A DNA stretch of 64,000 nucleotides, from the NCBI GenBank assembly GCA_025829515.1, contig GCA_025829515.1_4865.1. The stretch is one strand, 5' to 3'. The DNA comes from a phage. The number at the start of each line of letters is the position of its first letter. Position 1 is the first letter of the stretch. A program made the position numbers and the translations under genes. Below the pieces are notes generated by a model. That model made no database searches. It was given only the letters and a program-made list of their open reading frames with translations, and had not been told where the DNA came from. Shown here piece by piece: positions 18,242-28,209 of this stretch.

Positions 18242-19735
18242 ATGGCAGGTCCAGCTAAACAAGTCATGGGTGAAGTGATTCGCCCTCGTTTTAACGTATA
18301 TACCATCATGGACCACGCTCTCGGTAACTACGAGCGCGGGGAAGATGGCTTGTACTACCTCAACGGTGGTTTTGCCCACATCATGGGCTTCGCAGGTCGT
18401 GGGAACACTTTTAAGTCTACCTTATTAGACTTCTGCATTTTCATGATTCTGCAACGTTATAATGCAGCCTGGGGATCGAAATACGATACCGAAGTTACGG
18501 CAGCATTAAGTCGTCTGGAAACAGGGTACATTTCCGCAGCGAAAGCAAACGGATTAGAAGTATCACCAACGGGCGGCGTGCTGGACCTGATCCACGAAGG
18601 TCGTTACAACATGGTTGGCTCGGATATCATGGCAGGTGAAGAATATTACTCTGCCTATATCCGTGACGAAGTCGAAAAACGTTTCAAAGAGTATATGGCT
18701 GGTAAGGCACGCGAAACACCATTCCCTGACCCAATCCGTCGCTCTGCGAAAAAGATTCTCGACCCGTGGTTGTACTCGATTGACTCCCTGTCCGAATGGC
18801 ACACTTCTTCCCTGGAAGAGAAACATGCCAAATCAGAAGTCGGTGATTCTGAACAGAACATCCTGAACGCCCACGATGCCCTGCAGAAATCGAATATGAT
18901 GAGCCGTTGGCCGTCTGCGTTTGCGCGTGGTGGTTTCTATATGGGCTTCGTTGCTCAGTTGGCCGACGATGCGGGTAAAGCAATGGCGGCAGGTGGCCGT
19001 GGTGGACCGAAGGCGAACGGTAAACTGTTGGACGATGCAGGCGATGATCTGAAGTTTGCGGGTATCCCGCGCCGTCAGTTGTCGTTCTTAACTAACTCCC
19101 TGCTGGTTGCAACCAAGTCTGGTGAGTTGAAGCAGGATCAGACTTACAACGCGAAGACCGGTGTAAACGAAGAGAAATACCCGACTGCGCGTTCGAAAGC
19201 AATGAATGCTTCGGTGAACGACCTGAAAGAAATTGTTTTCACGCAGTACCGTGCGAAGGGTGGTCACACAGGCGTTAAGTTCAAAATGGTCTTCTCGCAG
19301 GAGATGGGTCTGCTTTATCACCTCTCTCTGTGGCATTACCTGAGCGACACACTGAAAGATGAATGGGGCTACAAACGTAGTGGTGCTAACTATACCCTCG
19401 ATTTGCTACCTGGTACATCTTTCATGCGTACCACGATTCGCGACATGTGTGACAGCAACCCGCGTTTGCGCCGGGCGTTGGAAATCACCGCCGCACTAGC
19501 GTACATGCAGAATAACTACCACCGACTGGAAATGAAGTACCATCTCTCACCGGCGGAGCTTTATAAAGTTATCGACGAAAAGTGGGACTGGAATGAAATT
19601 CTGGACAATACAGTGGAATACTGGATGTTCAAGGATCAGGAAGTCAAAGGTGGTAAGCGTTGCTTAACAGCAATGTCATTACTGGCGATGGCCGTGGATG
19701 GTCTGGAACCTAAGTTCTTGACTAAGAAGAAATAA
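18242..19735 (+). CDS. hypothetical protein (possible deviant P-loop GFAGRGNTFKST)
   Basis: Long ORF with GGAG ribosome-binding site; motif noted but unverified. Confidence 0.6.
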   Translation: MAGPAKQVMGEVIRPRFNVYTIMDHALGNYERGEDGLYYLNGGFAHIMGFAGRGNTFKSTLLDFCIFMILQRYNAAWGSKYDTEVTAALSRLETGYISAAKANGLEVSPTGGVLDLIHEGRYNMVGSDIMAGEEYYSAYIRDEVEKRFKEYMAGKARETPFPDPIRRSAKKILDPWLYSIDSLSEWHTSSLEEKHAKSEVGDSEQNILNAHDALQKSNMMSRWPSAFARGGFYMGFVAQLADDAGKAMAAGGRGGPKANGKLLDDAGDDLKFAGIPRRQLSFLTNSLLVATKSGELKQDQTYNAKTGVNEEKYPTARSKAMNASVNDLKEIVFTQYRAKGGHTGVKFKMVFSQEMGLLYHLSLWHYLSDTLKDEWGYKRSGANYTLDLLPGTSFMRTTIRDMCDSNPRLRRALEITAALAYMQNNYHRLEMKYHLSPAELYKVIDEKWDWNEILDNTVEYWMFKDQEVKGGKRCLTAMSLLAMAVDGLEPKFLTKKK

Positions 19736-19737
19736 GC

Positions 19738-19765
19738 ATGGGCGGGGCAACCCGCCTGTTTTTTC
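19738..19765 (+). terminator. intrinsic terminator or attenuator inside a + strand gene array
   Basis: GGCGGG-GCAA-CCCGCC hairpin followed by TGTTTTTTCC. Confidence 0.55.
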
Positions 19766-19780
19766 CCCTGAGGATTAGCG

Positions 19781-20056
19781 ATGCGTTATCAGAAAGATAT
19801 TGTAGAGCGTCTGTGTCTGGGTCTCGCTGGTATTAGCCAGGAACTTAGCACCGCGTTCCATAACGAGTTCTCAGCACCGCGACATGCACTGTCTGAATTT
19901 AGTCATCAGGTAAATGCCCATTACGGCAACCTGATTAATGATAAACCGAAGGTTGATGCGGTCGGTGTGCCTGAACACAATGAAGATATCCCGTACTGGA
20001 TTGAAGACCTGGAACGTGTGGTTCTTCCAGTGCTCCGTGAGAGGATGAAAAAATGA
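19781..20056 (+). CDS. hypothetical protein
   Basis: GAGGATT ribosome-binding site. Confidence 0.5.
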   Translation: MRYQKDIVERLCLGLAGISQELSTAFHNEFSAPRHALSEFSHQVNAHYGNLINDKPKVDAVGVPEHNEDIPYWIEDLERVVLPVLRERMKK

Positions 20057-20721
20057 GATTAGACCCGGCACGGCGAAAAAAAGCAGAAGCTTATGCTTTA
20101 CAGTTACTGAACTTAGTTGACCCGACCGGGATTAACGCGGAAGCTGCCAAGCGCGCTTTCTCACGAATGTCTGACGAAGAGTTCAATCGTCTGCGCGAAG
20201 GGTTGCCTGTTTACAACCCAACTGGTGGCAAGGTCAAAATTGACCATATGCGCAATATTAAAATTTGCGAAGCGATGGGACTGAACTTGTGTCAGCGCCT
20301 GTGGCTCACGGAACCGAAAACCGGTATCCTACAGCGTACCCGTTACCCCCATTTAGTCTTCCGGCTACCTGCACGTCGCCAGACGCAGATGCAAGAGAAG
20401 AAAATGGCGGTGGCGAAGAACGATAAAGTCCGCGATAAACTCTCGGGTCAGGTAGTAGGGCCTTCCAAAGCTTCGGGTGTTTCGTTTCCAGAAGCGTACA
20501 TCATGTACTCGGATGGACACGACTCAACGCTCCAGGAGTTCCTGTGGGCGCGTGGTGGTAACGATACGTTACAACGTGCGTTCTATCAATCGCTACGGCA
20601 AACCGGTAAAGGTCGCATCAACCTGGAAGGGGCTGAGCGTACCAGTTCAAAAGCGCCGCGTACATGGTCTTCGTACTTTAAAGCAATGCACATCGGTAAC
20701 AACTTAGGACGCCCGGAATGA
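20053..20721 (+). CDS. hypothetical protein
   Basis: ATGA overlap with upstream gene. Confidence 0.55.
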   Translation: MRLDPARRKKAEAYALQLLNLVDPTGINAEAAKRAFSRMSDEEFNRLREGLPVYNPTGGKVKIDHMRNIKICEAMGLNLCQRLWLTEPKTGILQRTRYPHLVFRLPARRQTQMQEKKMAVAKNDKVRDKLSGQVVGPSKASGVSFPEAYIMYSDGHDSTLQEFLWARGGNDTLQRAFYQSLRQTGKGRINLEGAERTSSKAPRTWSSYFKAMHIGNNLGRPE

Positions 20722-21446
20722 GATTAGGACGCCGTTTCTTAGTCGATATCGACACAATCTTCGATACACGAATTGGTTGGGCGAAAGTGCTGCAGCCTGA
20801 TGTATTAGAGAAGCTTGATTTAGAAGTGTATCGGATGCGGTTCACAGATGCGTGGGCCGAAGTGGTAGGAATTCAGGACTGGAATAAAAAGTTCGCGGAG
20901 CGTGATAAACGCGCGTTGCAGAACGCGCAGCCAACAGAAATGTTGCTTACGCTAAAGAACGAAGTACAGGCAATGTTAATGACGATACAGATGCACGCTC
21001 CTATTGAGCGACCTGTCTTAACGTTTAACCTGTGGCCATACGCTGATCTCGATGATGAAGAACGTCATGCGTTTTTGGAAGAACTGCGTTACTACTATAA
21101 CGAAGTGCAAGTAGACGTCGTTGTTATTCCTCACAGCGATCTTACACCAGGACGACTTGCTTCTGCATGGGACGGTTGGATAATGTACGATTGGTATCCG
21201 TGGATAGAACAACACGCGAACCATTTCCAGAAACCGATTCCGGATTTCACCATTACCCGACCGAGTATGCTGACCAGCGAATTAACGGAAGAAGCCATCG
21301 CGCAAATAAAAAGAGATAAGGTGAACCCCTTTAAGGAGTCCACCCGTTTTCTTGCTCAATACGTCGGTACTGACGTAAAGGACACTGCGCTGTTTAGTCT
21401 TCGTCGTCATCAGCAGGACGACGACTCGCAAACGCAGACGCCATGA
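20718..21446 (+). CDS. hypothetical protein
   Basis: ATGA overlap with upstream gene. Confidence 0.55.
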   Translation: MRLGRRFLVDIDTIFDTRIGWAKVLQPDVLEKLDLEVYRMRFTDAWAEVVGIQDWNKKFAERDKRALQNAQPTEMLLTLKNEVQAMLMTIQMHAPIERPVLTFNLWPYADLDDEERHAFLEELRYYYNEVQVDVVVIPHSDLTPGRLASAWDGWIMYDWYPWIEQHANHFQKPIPDFTITRPSMLTSELTEEAIAQIKRDKVNPFKESTRFLAQYVGTDVKDTALFSLRRHQQDDDSQTQTP

Positions 21447-21864
21447 TCTGGTCAACGTCAATCTTTTCGCCTACTGGTGCCAACTCACCTTCTTTCGGAG
21501 GCCGTACTGCGGCAATCTGTGGGACGGTGGGTTGGTATCCATTATTTAAATCTTCTTCATCGTCGTGACGTTTGATACCAACGCCAGCACGGGTCATTAA
21601 GAAGCCGTTTAAACTGTTGGCCAAATCTTGAGTCGCCTCAGCGCCTTTCTCAGCAGCTTTAATTTTCCGCTTCGTCATGACCTGTTTGTCGATGCCGTTG
21701 ATTAGGCGTTCGATTCGGTCGACGGCTTTTAAGTCTTTGTGTACTTCACCGTCGTTCACCATATCTGTGACGAGCTTAACGCGTAGCTGTTGTGTTTGGC
21801 GGAGAAGCGAATCTTCGTTGTCCACATCTCCGTCGAACGCTTGGTATTTCACTTCTTCGCTCAT
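21394..21864 (-). CDS. hypothetical acidic protein
   Basis: Minus-strand ORF; its 3' end overlaps the convergent + gene by about 53 nt. Confidence 0.45.
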   Translation of the reverse strand: MSEEVKYQAFDGDVDNEDSLLRQTQQLRVKLVTDMVNDGEVHKDLKAVDRIERLINGIDKQVMTKRKIKAAEKGAEATQDLANSLNGFLMTRAGVGIKRHDDEEDLNNGYQPTVPQIAAVRPPKEGELAPVGEKIDVDQIMASAFASRRPADDDED

Positions 21865-21880
21865 GGGATAACCTCATCTC

Positions 21881-21910
21881 AAAAAGAACTCAGACAGATA
21901 TTATCTATCC
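21881..21910 (+). promoter_or_regulatory. conserved phage promoter-like element (AAAAAGAACTCAGACAGATATTATCTATCC)
   Basis: About 24 of 27 positions identical to the copy at 53881-53910; sits in a divergent intergenic gap. Confidence 0.55.
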
Positions 21911-21940
21911 GAGACAACATCTCATAATAGGATAACACCT

Positions 21941-22471
21941 ATGCTTTTTAAATGGCTTTCAACACTCCTGCGTCGTAAGGCTGTAGAAGCTCGCAGACGC
22001 TCTTTGGAGGCTGAGTTTCATAAGAATACCCATAACACCCTGCACAGAGTGATGGTGGGCTTAGAACTCATTACAGAGCCTCTGGAATATAATGGGAAAG
22101 AATACCTTCCTTTTTCATTGCGTGGACAACTCGAATTACGTATTCGAGATTTTGACACGTTGGTGGAGCGATTGGAATTCTTCATTTCTGAGTATAACCG
22201 TGTATCCAGTAGCAACATTCCCAATCAACGTTGGTTAGAGTTGCCTGAGGCAATCGATAGAAAAGGAGAGAGTTCAGAACCACGATGGCTTGATCATTAT
22301 TTCGGTGCATCCGATCCTGAAGTCGCGCGCGATAAACTGCGCACAGTCTTCGCTATGTTAGAACTGTATCAGCGTGCATTTGATAAACAAACACCCGAAC
22401 AGGATACGCTGTTTAATCAAACCGCACATATCTTCCGCGAGTTAGAAGTGATAGTGGAACACTATCTCTAA
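21941..22471 (+). CDS. hypothetical protein
   Basis: ORF downstream of promoter-like element. Confidence 0.55.
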   Translation: MLFKWLSTLLRRKAVEARRRSLEAEFHKNTHNTLHRVMVGLELITEPLEYNGKEYLPFSLRGQLELRIRDFDTLVERLEFFISEYNRVSSSNIPNQRWLELPEAIDRKGESSEPRWLDHYFGASDPEVARDKLRTVFAMLELYQRAFDKQTPEQDTLFNQTAHIFRELEVIVEHYL

Positions 22472-22504
22472 CTTTTAATCTATTCCCTTGTAACAAGGTG
22501 ATGT

Positions 22505-23383
22505 ATGGATGATGAGAAAAAGCCGCCGCTGAATAGCACACGCGAGCAAATTTGGCACGGTACGCCACCGGCGTCAGATTCCAGCTACCCGTTAAGGAAA
22601 GCTTATTGGAATCTGGTTAAGTTGATGGGTATTAGCGACGGGATATGGAAAGACCTTATCCGTCAACATGTCAACGACCCGGAGTATCTGAAACAGTTTC
22701 GTGACAGCAAACTGACCACGATGACCGACCGCGTTAACCGGCTGAACACCTCACTTACGGGTGGTTCGGTACGTAACCTGACAGTCGATTTTACGTGGAA
22801 ACGTTTCATCGAGGGATTAGTTATCCTGGAGATGCAAACGCTAACAGTCACCCTGCTGACTAAGCGGGGAAGCTTTGACACGAAGTGTTTTGTATTCGAC
22901 AGTACGTTTGTGCGTGAGGACTTCATTAAGAACTTACGTAATGAGAACAGGAAGAAACGTAAAGAGCGTTTCGAGCATCCTGCATCTTACGACGTTAACG
23001 AGTATGTCGCGAACATCGACCACACTATCGAACATGTGATGAAGCACATTCTCCTGCGTTTAATCTACAAAGTTATTCGTGGGTATAAAATCGATGGTGA
23101 TAAACTGGAACGGTGGACGACGAACTACGTCAACAACCCTAAGTTGTGCCCAGGCACATCATCCAAACGTGGGGACAGACGAAACAACATGAAACAGGCG
23201 ATGCGTCACACCGAGGCAATCACCTGGCGTTGGTTTCTAATAATCTTACAAGCGCTGGACGTACGTGAGTTCGAAATCACTTTCAAAGTTCGTCATCGTA
23301 GTGGTAGAGAATATGAGGTCAGCGACGACGTTCCGTTAGCGACGTATAGATTCTGGAGTTCCAATGAAACTGAACAACCTTGA
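22505..23383 (+). CDS. hypothetical protein
   Basis: ORF with AAGGTGA ribosome-binding site. Confidence 0.55.
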   Translation: MDDEKKPPLNSTREQIWHGTPPASDSSYPLRKAYWNLVKLMGISDGIWKDLIRQHVNDPEYLKQFRDSKLTTMTDRVNRLNTSLTGGSVRNLTVDFTWKRFIEGLVILEMQTLTVTLLTKRGSFDTKCFVFDSTFVREDFIKNLRNENRKKRKERFEHPASYDVNEYVANIDHTIEHVMKHILLRLIYKVIRGYKIDGDKLERWTTNYVNNPKLCPGTSSKRGDRRNNMKQAMRHTEAITWRWFLIILQALDVREFEITFKVRHRSGREYEVSDDVPLATYRFWSSNETEQP

Positions 23384-24638
23384 TGGGATTACCAACCAGA
23401 TAAGCAGCACAACGGGCGCAATAGAGAACAAAGTTAACGATGTTCAAAACCGTGTCCAGTCAACGATTGGTAATGCCGAGCGCGGTATTGAAAGTGCTCA
23501 AAATTTGTACAATAACGTAACCGCCAAAGCAGGGGAAACTTTCGACAAGATCTCCAACATTGGCAACACGATAAGTGAAAAATTTGGTAACGTGTTCGGG
23601 GGTGGCGACCAAGTCACGGTAGGTGGTAAAAAGGCAGCAGGTTCAGCGGCTTCCGGAGTATCGCCGCCTCAACGAGTGCCTACTTTTGCTTCCAACACGA
23701 AAGAAGCGCTGCCAGTTATCGATCCACAGAAGCGCGATGTGTCCGAACCCTTTCAGAAGGTAAACCAGGAAGGGAAAACTGCACTGAGCTATCTCTCACC
23801 GGGTGGCGCAGGTAGTCTGTTAAGTAAGGGATGGGATACACTGACTGATCTTCGCGATAGCGCTTTAAGCGCGGTCGGGACAGATTATGCGTCAGTGAAA
23901 GCTCGCCTGGAGTCCACGATGAACATCGCGGGACAGCTTGCCAAACTGCCTGGTGAGGTACAGCGTGAAATCGGTAACTACGTCGATATGGCCAATAGCG
24001 CCAAGTGGCAAGTCACCGCACTGATTGATGATGTTACGCACACGTTTGATAGCTTTAAGGACCTGGACGACTTCTTGTCTATCGACGGGATCATTGATAG
24101 CTTTACGGGCGGGAGTGGGAATTTCTCCTCGCTGGATATCAACACCTCGTCTGCGTTGATATACGGTATGTCCACAAAGCTCAATCAATACGGTCTGCCG
24201 AATCGCATCGATCCGATGATTCAGGCTATCACCGATCCTATTGCACAACAAGCGTTGTACGGCGAACTGATGATACAGGCTGCAGCTGCTGGCAATCTCA
24301 ATTCTGTTGAGTATTACTTGCCTAAACTACAGCCAGGTCAAGGTGCTGAGATTGCAGATACTGTTATTCAGAATCTTCTGATGAACCTTAACGTTGAGCC
24401 GGGTGTGGGTTACAGCACCTACGGTCAGCGACTGTTGACGTTGTTTAATGCGCTTAATCCAAACTGGGATATCTCTAAAACGAATCCTGGAATGGTTGAG
24501 CTTAAGCTTTACACGTACGCCAACAGTAATGCGATTCAAGCACTCCTGACCACCGAGAAACGTCCGTACGTTATCGCCGGTGGTAGTGTCCAATATCAGT
24601 CTGCCAGTACGCTGGTGCAGAGCTATTTCGCCTTGTAA
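23364..24638 (+). CDS. hypothetical protein (Gly/Ser-rich)
   Basis: ORF overlapping upstream gene end. Confidence 0.55.
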   Translation: MKLNNLDGITNQISSTTGAIENKVNDVQNRVQSTIGNAERGIESAQNLYNNVTAKAGETFDKISNIGNTISEKFGNVFGGGDQVTVGGKKAAGSAASGVSPPQRVPTFASNTKEALPVIDPQKRDVSEPFQKVNQEGKTALSYLSPGGAGSLLSKGWDTLTDLRDSALSAVGTDYASVKARLESTMNIAGQLAKLPGEVQREIGNYVDMANSAKWQVTALIDDVTHTFDSFKDLDDFLSIDGIIDSFTGGSGNFSSLDINTSSALIYGMSTKLNQYGLPNRIDPMIQAITDPIAQQALYGELMIQAAAAGNLNSVEYYLPKLQPGQGAEIADTVIQNLLMNLNVEPGVGYSTYGQRLLTLFNALNPNWDISKTNPGMVELKLYTYANSNAIQALLTTEKRPYVIAGGSVQYQSASTLVQSYFAL

Positions 24639-24647
24639 GGTACCTCT

Positions 24648-25499
24648 ATGTCGAAAGATGAAGGTAAGTTTTTGCGTAGTGCGTTGGAACGTCTACGTGT
24701 CGATGGTGCATCGGTGGATGCTTTGGCGGCCGCTTTTGGGTTTACGTTGCCCGCCTCGGTAGAAGCCACATATCCTGTTTTACGTCCCATCCTACCACCA
24801 GAAGAAAAGGAAGCCTTTGTACGCTATTTACTGCGTATGGGTTACCAGAGTACCTTGGTGGATATCACGCCGTCTACAGACGGTCTGAATCACTTCAACA
24901 TCTATTCGCAGGGGCGAACTGAGATAGGTCGGATGGCGAGTAACTTCTATGCTCGCCCTGGTGAGTATTTTGTTACCCCCCACGGACCTTTCCGGACGCT
25001 CGAAGGTTATTATCATTACCTGCGTATTCTGGATTACTTAATGCGTGAAATTGATAACCGCACTTTGGTGATGGAATTTGATATCATGCGACAGGCAGTG
25101 AACACCTGGCCTGATATTGAGAAGTTGCGTGCACTAGATGGCACCGACTGTATCCGGTTAGGTCGTAATCTGAAAGCGGAAATCTACGGAGGAACCAGCT
25201 ATAAGCCCGGTTCATTTACCCCGGTTACAGAAAGCCGTTTTATCCATGCGCTGGTAAATAAGCTCTTTATACTGTCGGTCGACGGGACTTCGTTAGGTAA
25301 TGTGTTTGCGGAGATTCTGCGGGCACGTATCCCGCTTAAGCATTATTACATGATGCAAGGGCGTAAGATATTCCCGGCACACTGGGACTGGCTACCGAAT
25401 CTGATTGAGATGATAGCTGAACATATCGATCCTGAGGACAGTACGTTTGATCGAACCGAACTTTTGAAGAAACTAGGAATCGATGATGGGACTATTTGA
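24648..25499 (+). CDS. hypothetical protein
   Basis: ORF in + strand array. Confidence 0.55.
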   Translation: MSKDEGKFLRSALERLRVDGASVDALAAAFGFTLPASVEATYPVLRPILPPEEKEAFVRYLLRMGYQSTLVDITPSTDGLNHFNIYSQGRTEIGRMASNFYARPGEYFVTPHGPFRTLEGYYHYLRILDYLMREIDNRTLVMEFDIMRQAVNTWPDIEKLRALDGTDCIRLGRNLKAEIYGGTSYKPGSFTPVTESRFIHALVNKLFILSVDGTSLGNVFAEILRARIPLKHYYMMQGRKIFPAHWDWLPNLIEMIAEHIDPEDSTFDRTELLKKLGIDDGTI

Positions 25500-26145
25500 T
25501 ATTCTCAAAAACTTAGACGAGCAGCAGGAAAAAGAAGTCATTACTGTTGCGCGTGAGTCCATCTCTACGGAGAAGGAACGTGAGTATTGCATGTGGGTTA
25601 AACCCACTGAAGAAGGTTGGCAATGGCTGTTTGGTCAGACAGGTGAAACGTTCCTGGATGTCATCATGCCGGTCGTTAACGGCAAACGTCGTGTGCGGTT
25701 GTCCACCGATAAAACCGCAGTCTTAACGTTAAAACGACAAGCATCTGATGGTCGTATCGAAGAGAACTCGGATATCGGGTTTGCTTCGGGTCTGACCTTC
25801 TACGAAGATGGCAATCTTGCACATCTCGTGCGTCGTATCAAACTCGAGCCAGGCGAGCTGGCAGAGCAAGGTGCGAAGCATTGGGATATCGACTTGTTCT
25901 TTAAACTGGCAGGTCACCCAGTTATCGAATCGCAGGCAGGTTTCGAAGACCTTGTCAACGAACTGCGCGACTCCACTACATTCGGTGAGTGGGTAAAAGT
26001 CGAACTGGAAGTTGAGCGATTTGAGCTGACGTCTATCAAGGACGTATTGCCGTTTGCAGTAGAAGACGCTATTCCAGGCAATCCTTCTAACCCAGATGAC
26101 CAAGAAGTCATTCGGGACTACTGGGATAATGAAACCCGCATCTAA
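25483..26145 (+). CDS. hypothetical protein
   Basis: ORF overlapping upstream gene end. Confidence 0.55.
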   Translation: MMGLFDILKNLDEQQEKEVITVARESISTEKEREYCMWVKPTEEGWQWLFGQTGETFLDVIMPVVNGKRRVRLSTDKTAVLTLKRQASDGRIEENSDIGFASGLTFYEDGNLAHLVRRIKLEPGELAEQGAKHWDIDLFFKLAGHPVIESQAGFEDLVNELRDSTTFGEWVKVELEVERFELTSIKDVLPFAVEDAIPGNPSNPDDQEVIRDYWDNETRI

Positions 26146-26149
26146 GTCG

Positions 26150-26188
26150 TGCCCTCTCCTTCGGGAGAGGGTATCTTTATTTTTTATC
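26150..26188 (+). terminator. intrinsic terminator
   Basis: CCCTCTCC-TTCG-GGAGAGGG hairpin followed by a T-rich tract. Confidence 0.65.
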
Positions 26189-26203
26189 TTAAGGAGTATG
26201 TAA

Positions 26204-26566
26204 ATGCAAATCGGCTTCTTCTTTAATCGTCACGGAATCGTGTTTGTTTGTGGTGTTCCGGATAGTGACGGGAGACGTGTACGCACGCTGGAACTCGACG
26301 AAACATCTATGGTCGAGTGGAAAGAGAAACTTGCTCCCTTCGCAGAAGGTAAGTTTCAACTATTGCGACTCTACACGCAAGCTGCGTCGCCACGCGTTGC
26401 TTTCTCCCGACATGGAGACGGCGAAGACACCACACATCTGGTTATCTTCAGTGGGCAGCCTGGTCGTGTATTGTGCGAATTATTGATGGGATTCAACCCG
26501 CCTAGCAAGCCCAGGATGAATACGTACAATGTGCATGACAGTAGTCAAATTCTTATTCTTCGATAA
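26204..26566 (+). CDS. hypothetical protein
   Basis: TTAAGGAGTATGTAAATG ribosome-binding context. Confidence 0.5.
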   Translation: MQIGFFFNRHGIVFVCGVPDSDGRRVRTLELDETSMVEWKEKLAPFAEGKFQLLRLYTQAASPRVAFSRHGDGEDTTHLVIFSGQPGRVLCELLMGFNPPSKPRMNTYNVHDSSQILILR

Positions 26567-26616
26567 TTTACGGCCGCGGCTGTACGTATGTGAATCACCC
26601 ACAAGGAGTATATATC

Positions 26617-26913
26617 ATGCAGACCAACGATCCCGTTAACGATTACATCGACCAATGCATCGATGCTGCAATCGTTTTAAAGAAACATTTTCCTGAGCAG
26701 AAAGAGCGTAATTTCTGGATGCCGTTTAAAACGCTGTACCCGAAACGTCAGCGTATCACCGAAAAGATGTGCAACGACATCATCTCTGTTCTATCGGCCC
26801 GAAAAATCGATTACAAAAGACCTGAAATTGCCGATGGTTTTATTATTACCATAAACCTAGTAAAAAACGCGTTAACCGTAAAACAGGCAACTAGTGCGCT
26901 GAAAGAGGATTAA
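26617..26913 (+). CDS. hypothetical protein
   Basis: CAAGGAG ribosome-binding site upstream of ATG 26617 (track GTG 26590 less likely). Confidence 0.5.
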   Translation: MQTNDPVNDYIDQCIDAAIVLKKHFPEQKERNFWMPFKTLYPKRQRITEKMCNDIISVLSARKIDYKRPEIADGFIITINLVKNALTVKQATSALKED

Positions 26914-26919
26914 ACAACA

Positions 26920-27345
26920 ATGAACAATATAGCATTTACGAAAGACGTTGGCTTACTTCTGAACAACACCATCATCGCTGGCACTAATAACGCTAACTGG
27001 GAAGCGTTAGCACAGCGTCTCAAAGACAAACCGGTGAAAATCGTGGTGACGAGCGAGTTACCGTTAAACGGCACAATGGCAAACTGTGGTCCAATGTTTG
27101 CGGCGTTTAACATCGACTACGATTGCGGCTCCGCTTTCTTACAAAACGCCGCGTTACGTAGCCGTCTGTACAGCTGGCGTTTGCTGGGTCCGGTAAGTAA
27201 GGCCGCTGGCCAGATGGTTAACCAGGGCACACCGATGTCGGGTGTAGAAGACCAGACTATCGCCGTTGTCGTTTCTCGTGCAAGCGGCCAGCTTAACTTT
27301 GCAATCTGCTACGCGTATCAGGAGGAGGAGGAAGCCTGTGTTTAG
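26920..27345 (+). CDS. hypothetical protein
   Basis: GAGGA ribosome-binding site. Confidence 0.5.
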   Translation: MNNIAFTKDVGLLLNNTIIAGTNNANWEALAQRLKDKPVKIVVTSELPLNGTMANCGPMFAAFNIDYDCGSAFLQNAALRSRLYSWRLLGPVSKAAGQMVNQGTPMSGVEDQTIAVVVSRASGQLNFAICYAYQEEEEACV

Positions 27346-28207
27346 TATCGTTCAGCAAGTTCAAGCGGTCGAAGAGTGGTTTCGCAAGACGGATATCTAC
27401 CAACAGAAAGCGACTGAGCGTCAGTTGGTAAAGTATTACGTCACACTCGGCAGGATCTCGGCAGGTGTCGATGAACTGGATAACTTAAAGGTGGCTGCCG
27501 GTATCGGTGAATCGATTTGGACATTTGCCGCGCTGCTACACCTCGGTCCACATTCTAACCTCGGTGATATTGTCGTTCCGTTGAGTGATGCGGTGTCTCT
27601 TCGTACTACAACTGGCACGAAAGAAGGACAACTGCAGCAGCTCATGTTAATTGCAGTCGAGACCGTTAGTGTTGTTTTGCGTGAACCAGAACCTGACCCT
27701 AAGAGTTATAGCGCGCTGCTTCGTAAGTTGATGAGACAGTATCAATTGTTGGCGTGTCGTTGCGGGCTGGAGTTTGACCGTGTTGTTTTTAATGGCCATC
27801 GTAAGCTCGTTAAGACGCCTGAAACGACAAGCACGCTCGGCGAACTGCTCAAAGCATCGTTGCCGTTATCCGACGACGATTTGGCGAAACAAACCTATCA
27901 GGCGGTGTACAAAACCAACGAGTCAGTCCACGACATTATTGTAAATTGCCTTTTGGCCACATCGAATGATTTACAAACCGAACATAACGGTGAAGTCGCC
28001 ATGCCGCAGCTATTGCTGCGGATGGAGGACATTATGAACGAAAAGCTGCAAGAGCTTCTCAAGGCGCACTTTGAACCGTGGATAGTAAGAAAACAAATGT
28101 TGTTCAATCGTAACCCTCGCGTTGATGTTAAGTTCGATGGTAACGCTGTAAACATTTGTGCGAACGACGATTTAAGAGACATTTTGAATTTATTGAAAGG
28201 AAAATAA
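27338..28207 (+). CDS. hypothetical protein
   Basis: GTG 27338 preceded by GGAGGAGGAGGAAG ribosome-binding site (track start 27266 overlaps previous gene). Confidence 0.55.
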   Translation: MFSIVQQVQAVEEWFRKTDIYQQKATERQLVKYYVTLGRISAGVDELDNLKVAAGIGESIWTFAALLHLGPHSNLGDIVVPLSDAVSLRTTTGTKEGQLQQLMLIAVETVSVVLREPEPDPKSYSALLRKLMRQYQLLACRCGLEFDRVVFNGHRKLVKTPETTSTLGELLKASLPLSDDDLAKQTYQAVYKTNESVHDIIVNCLLATSNDLQTEHNGEVAMPQLLLRMEDIMNEKLQELLKAHFEPWIVRKQMLFNRNPRVDVKFDGNAVNICANDDLRDILNLLKGK

Positions 28208-28209
28208 TT

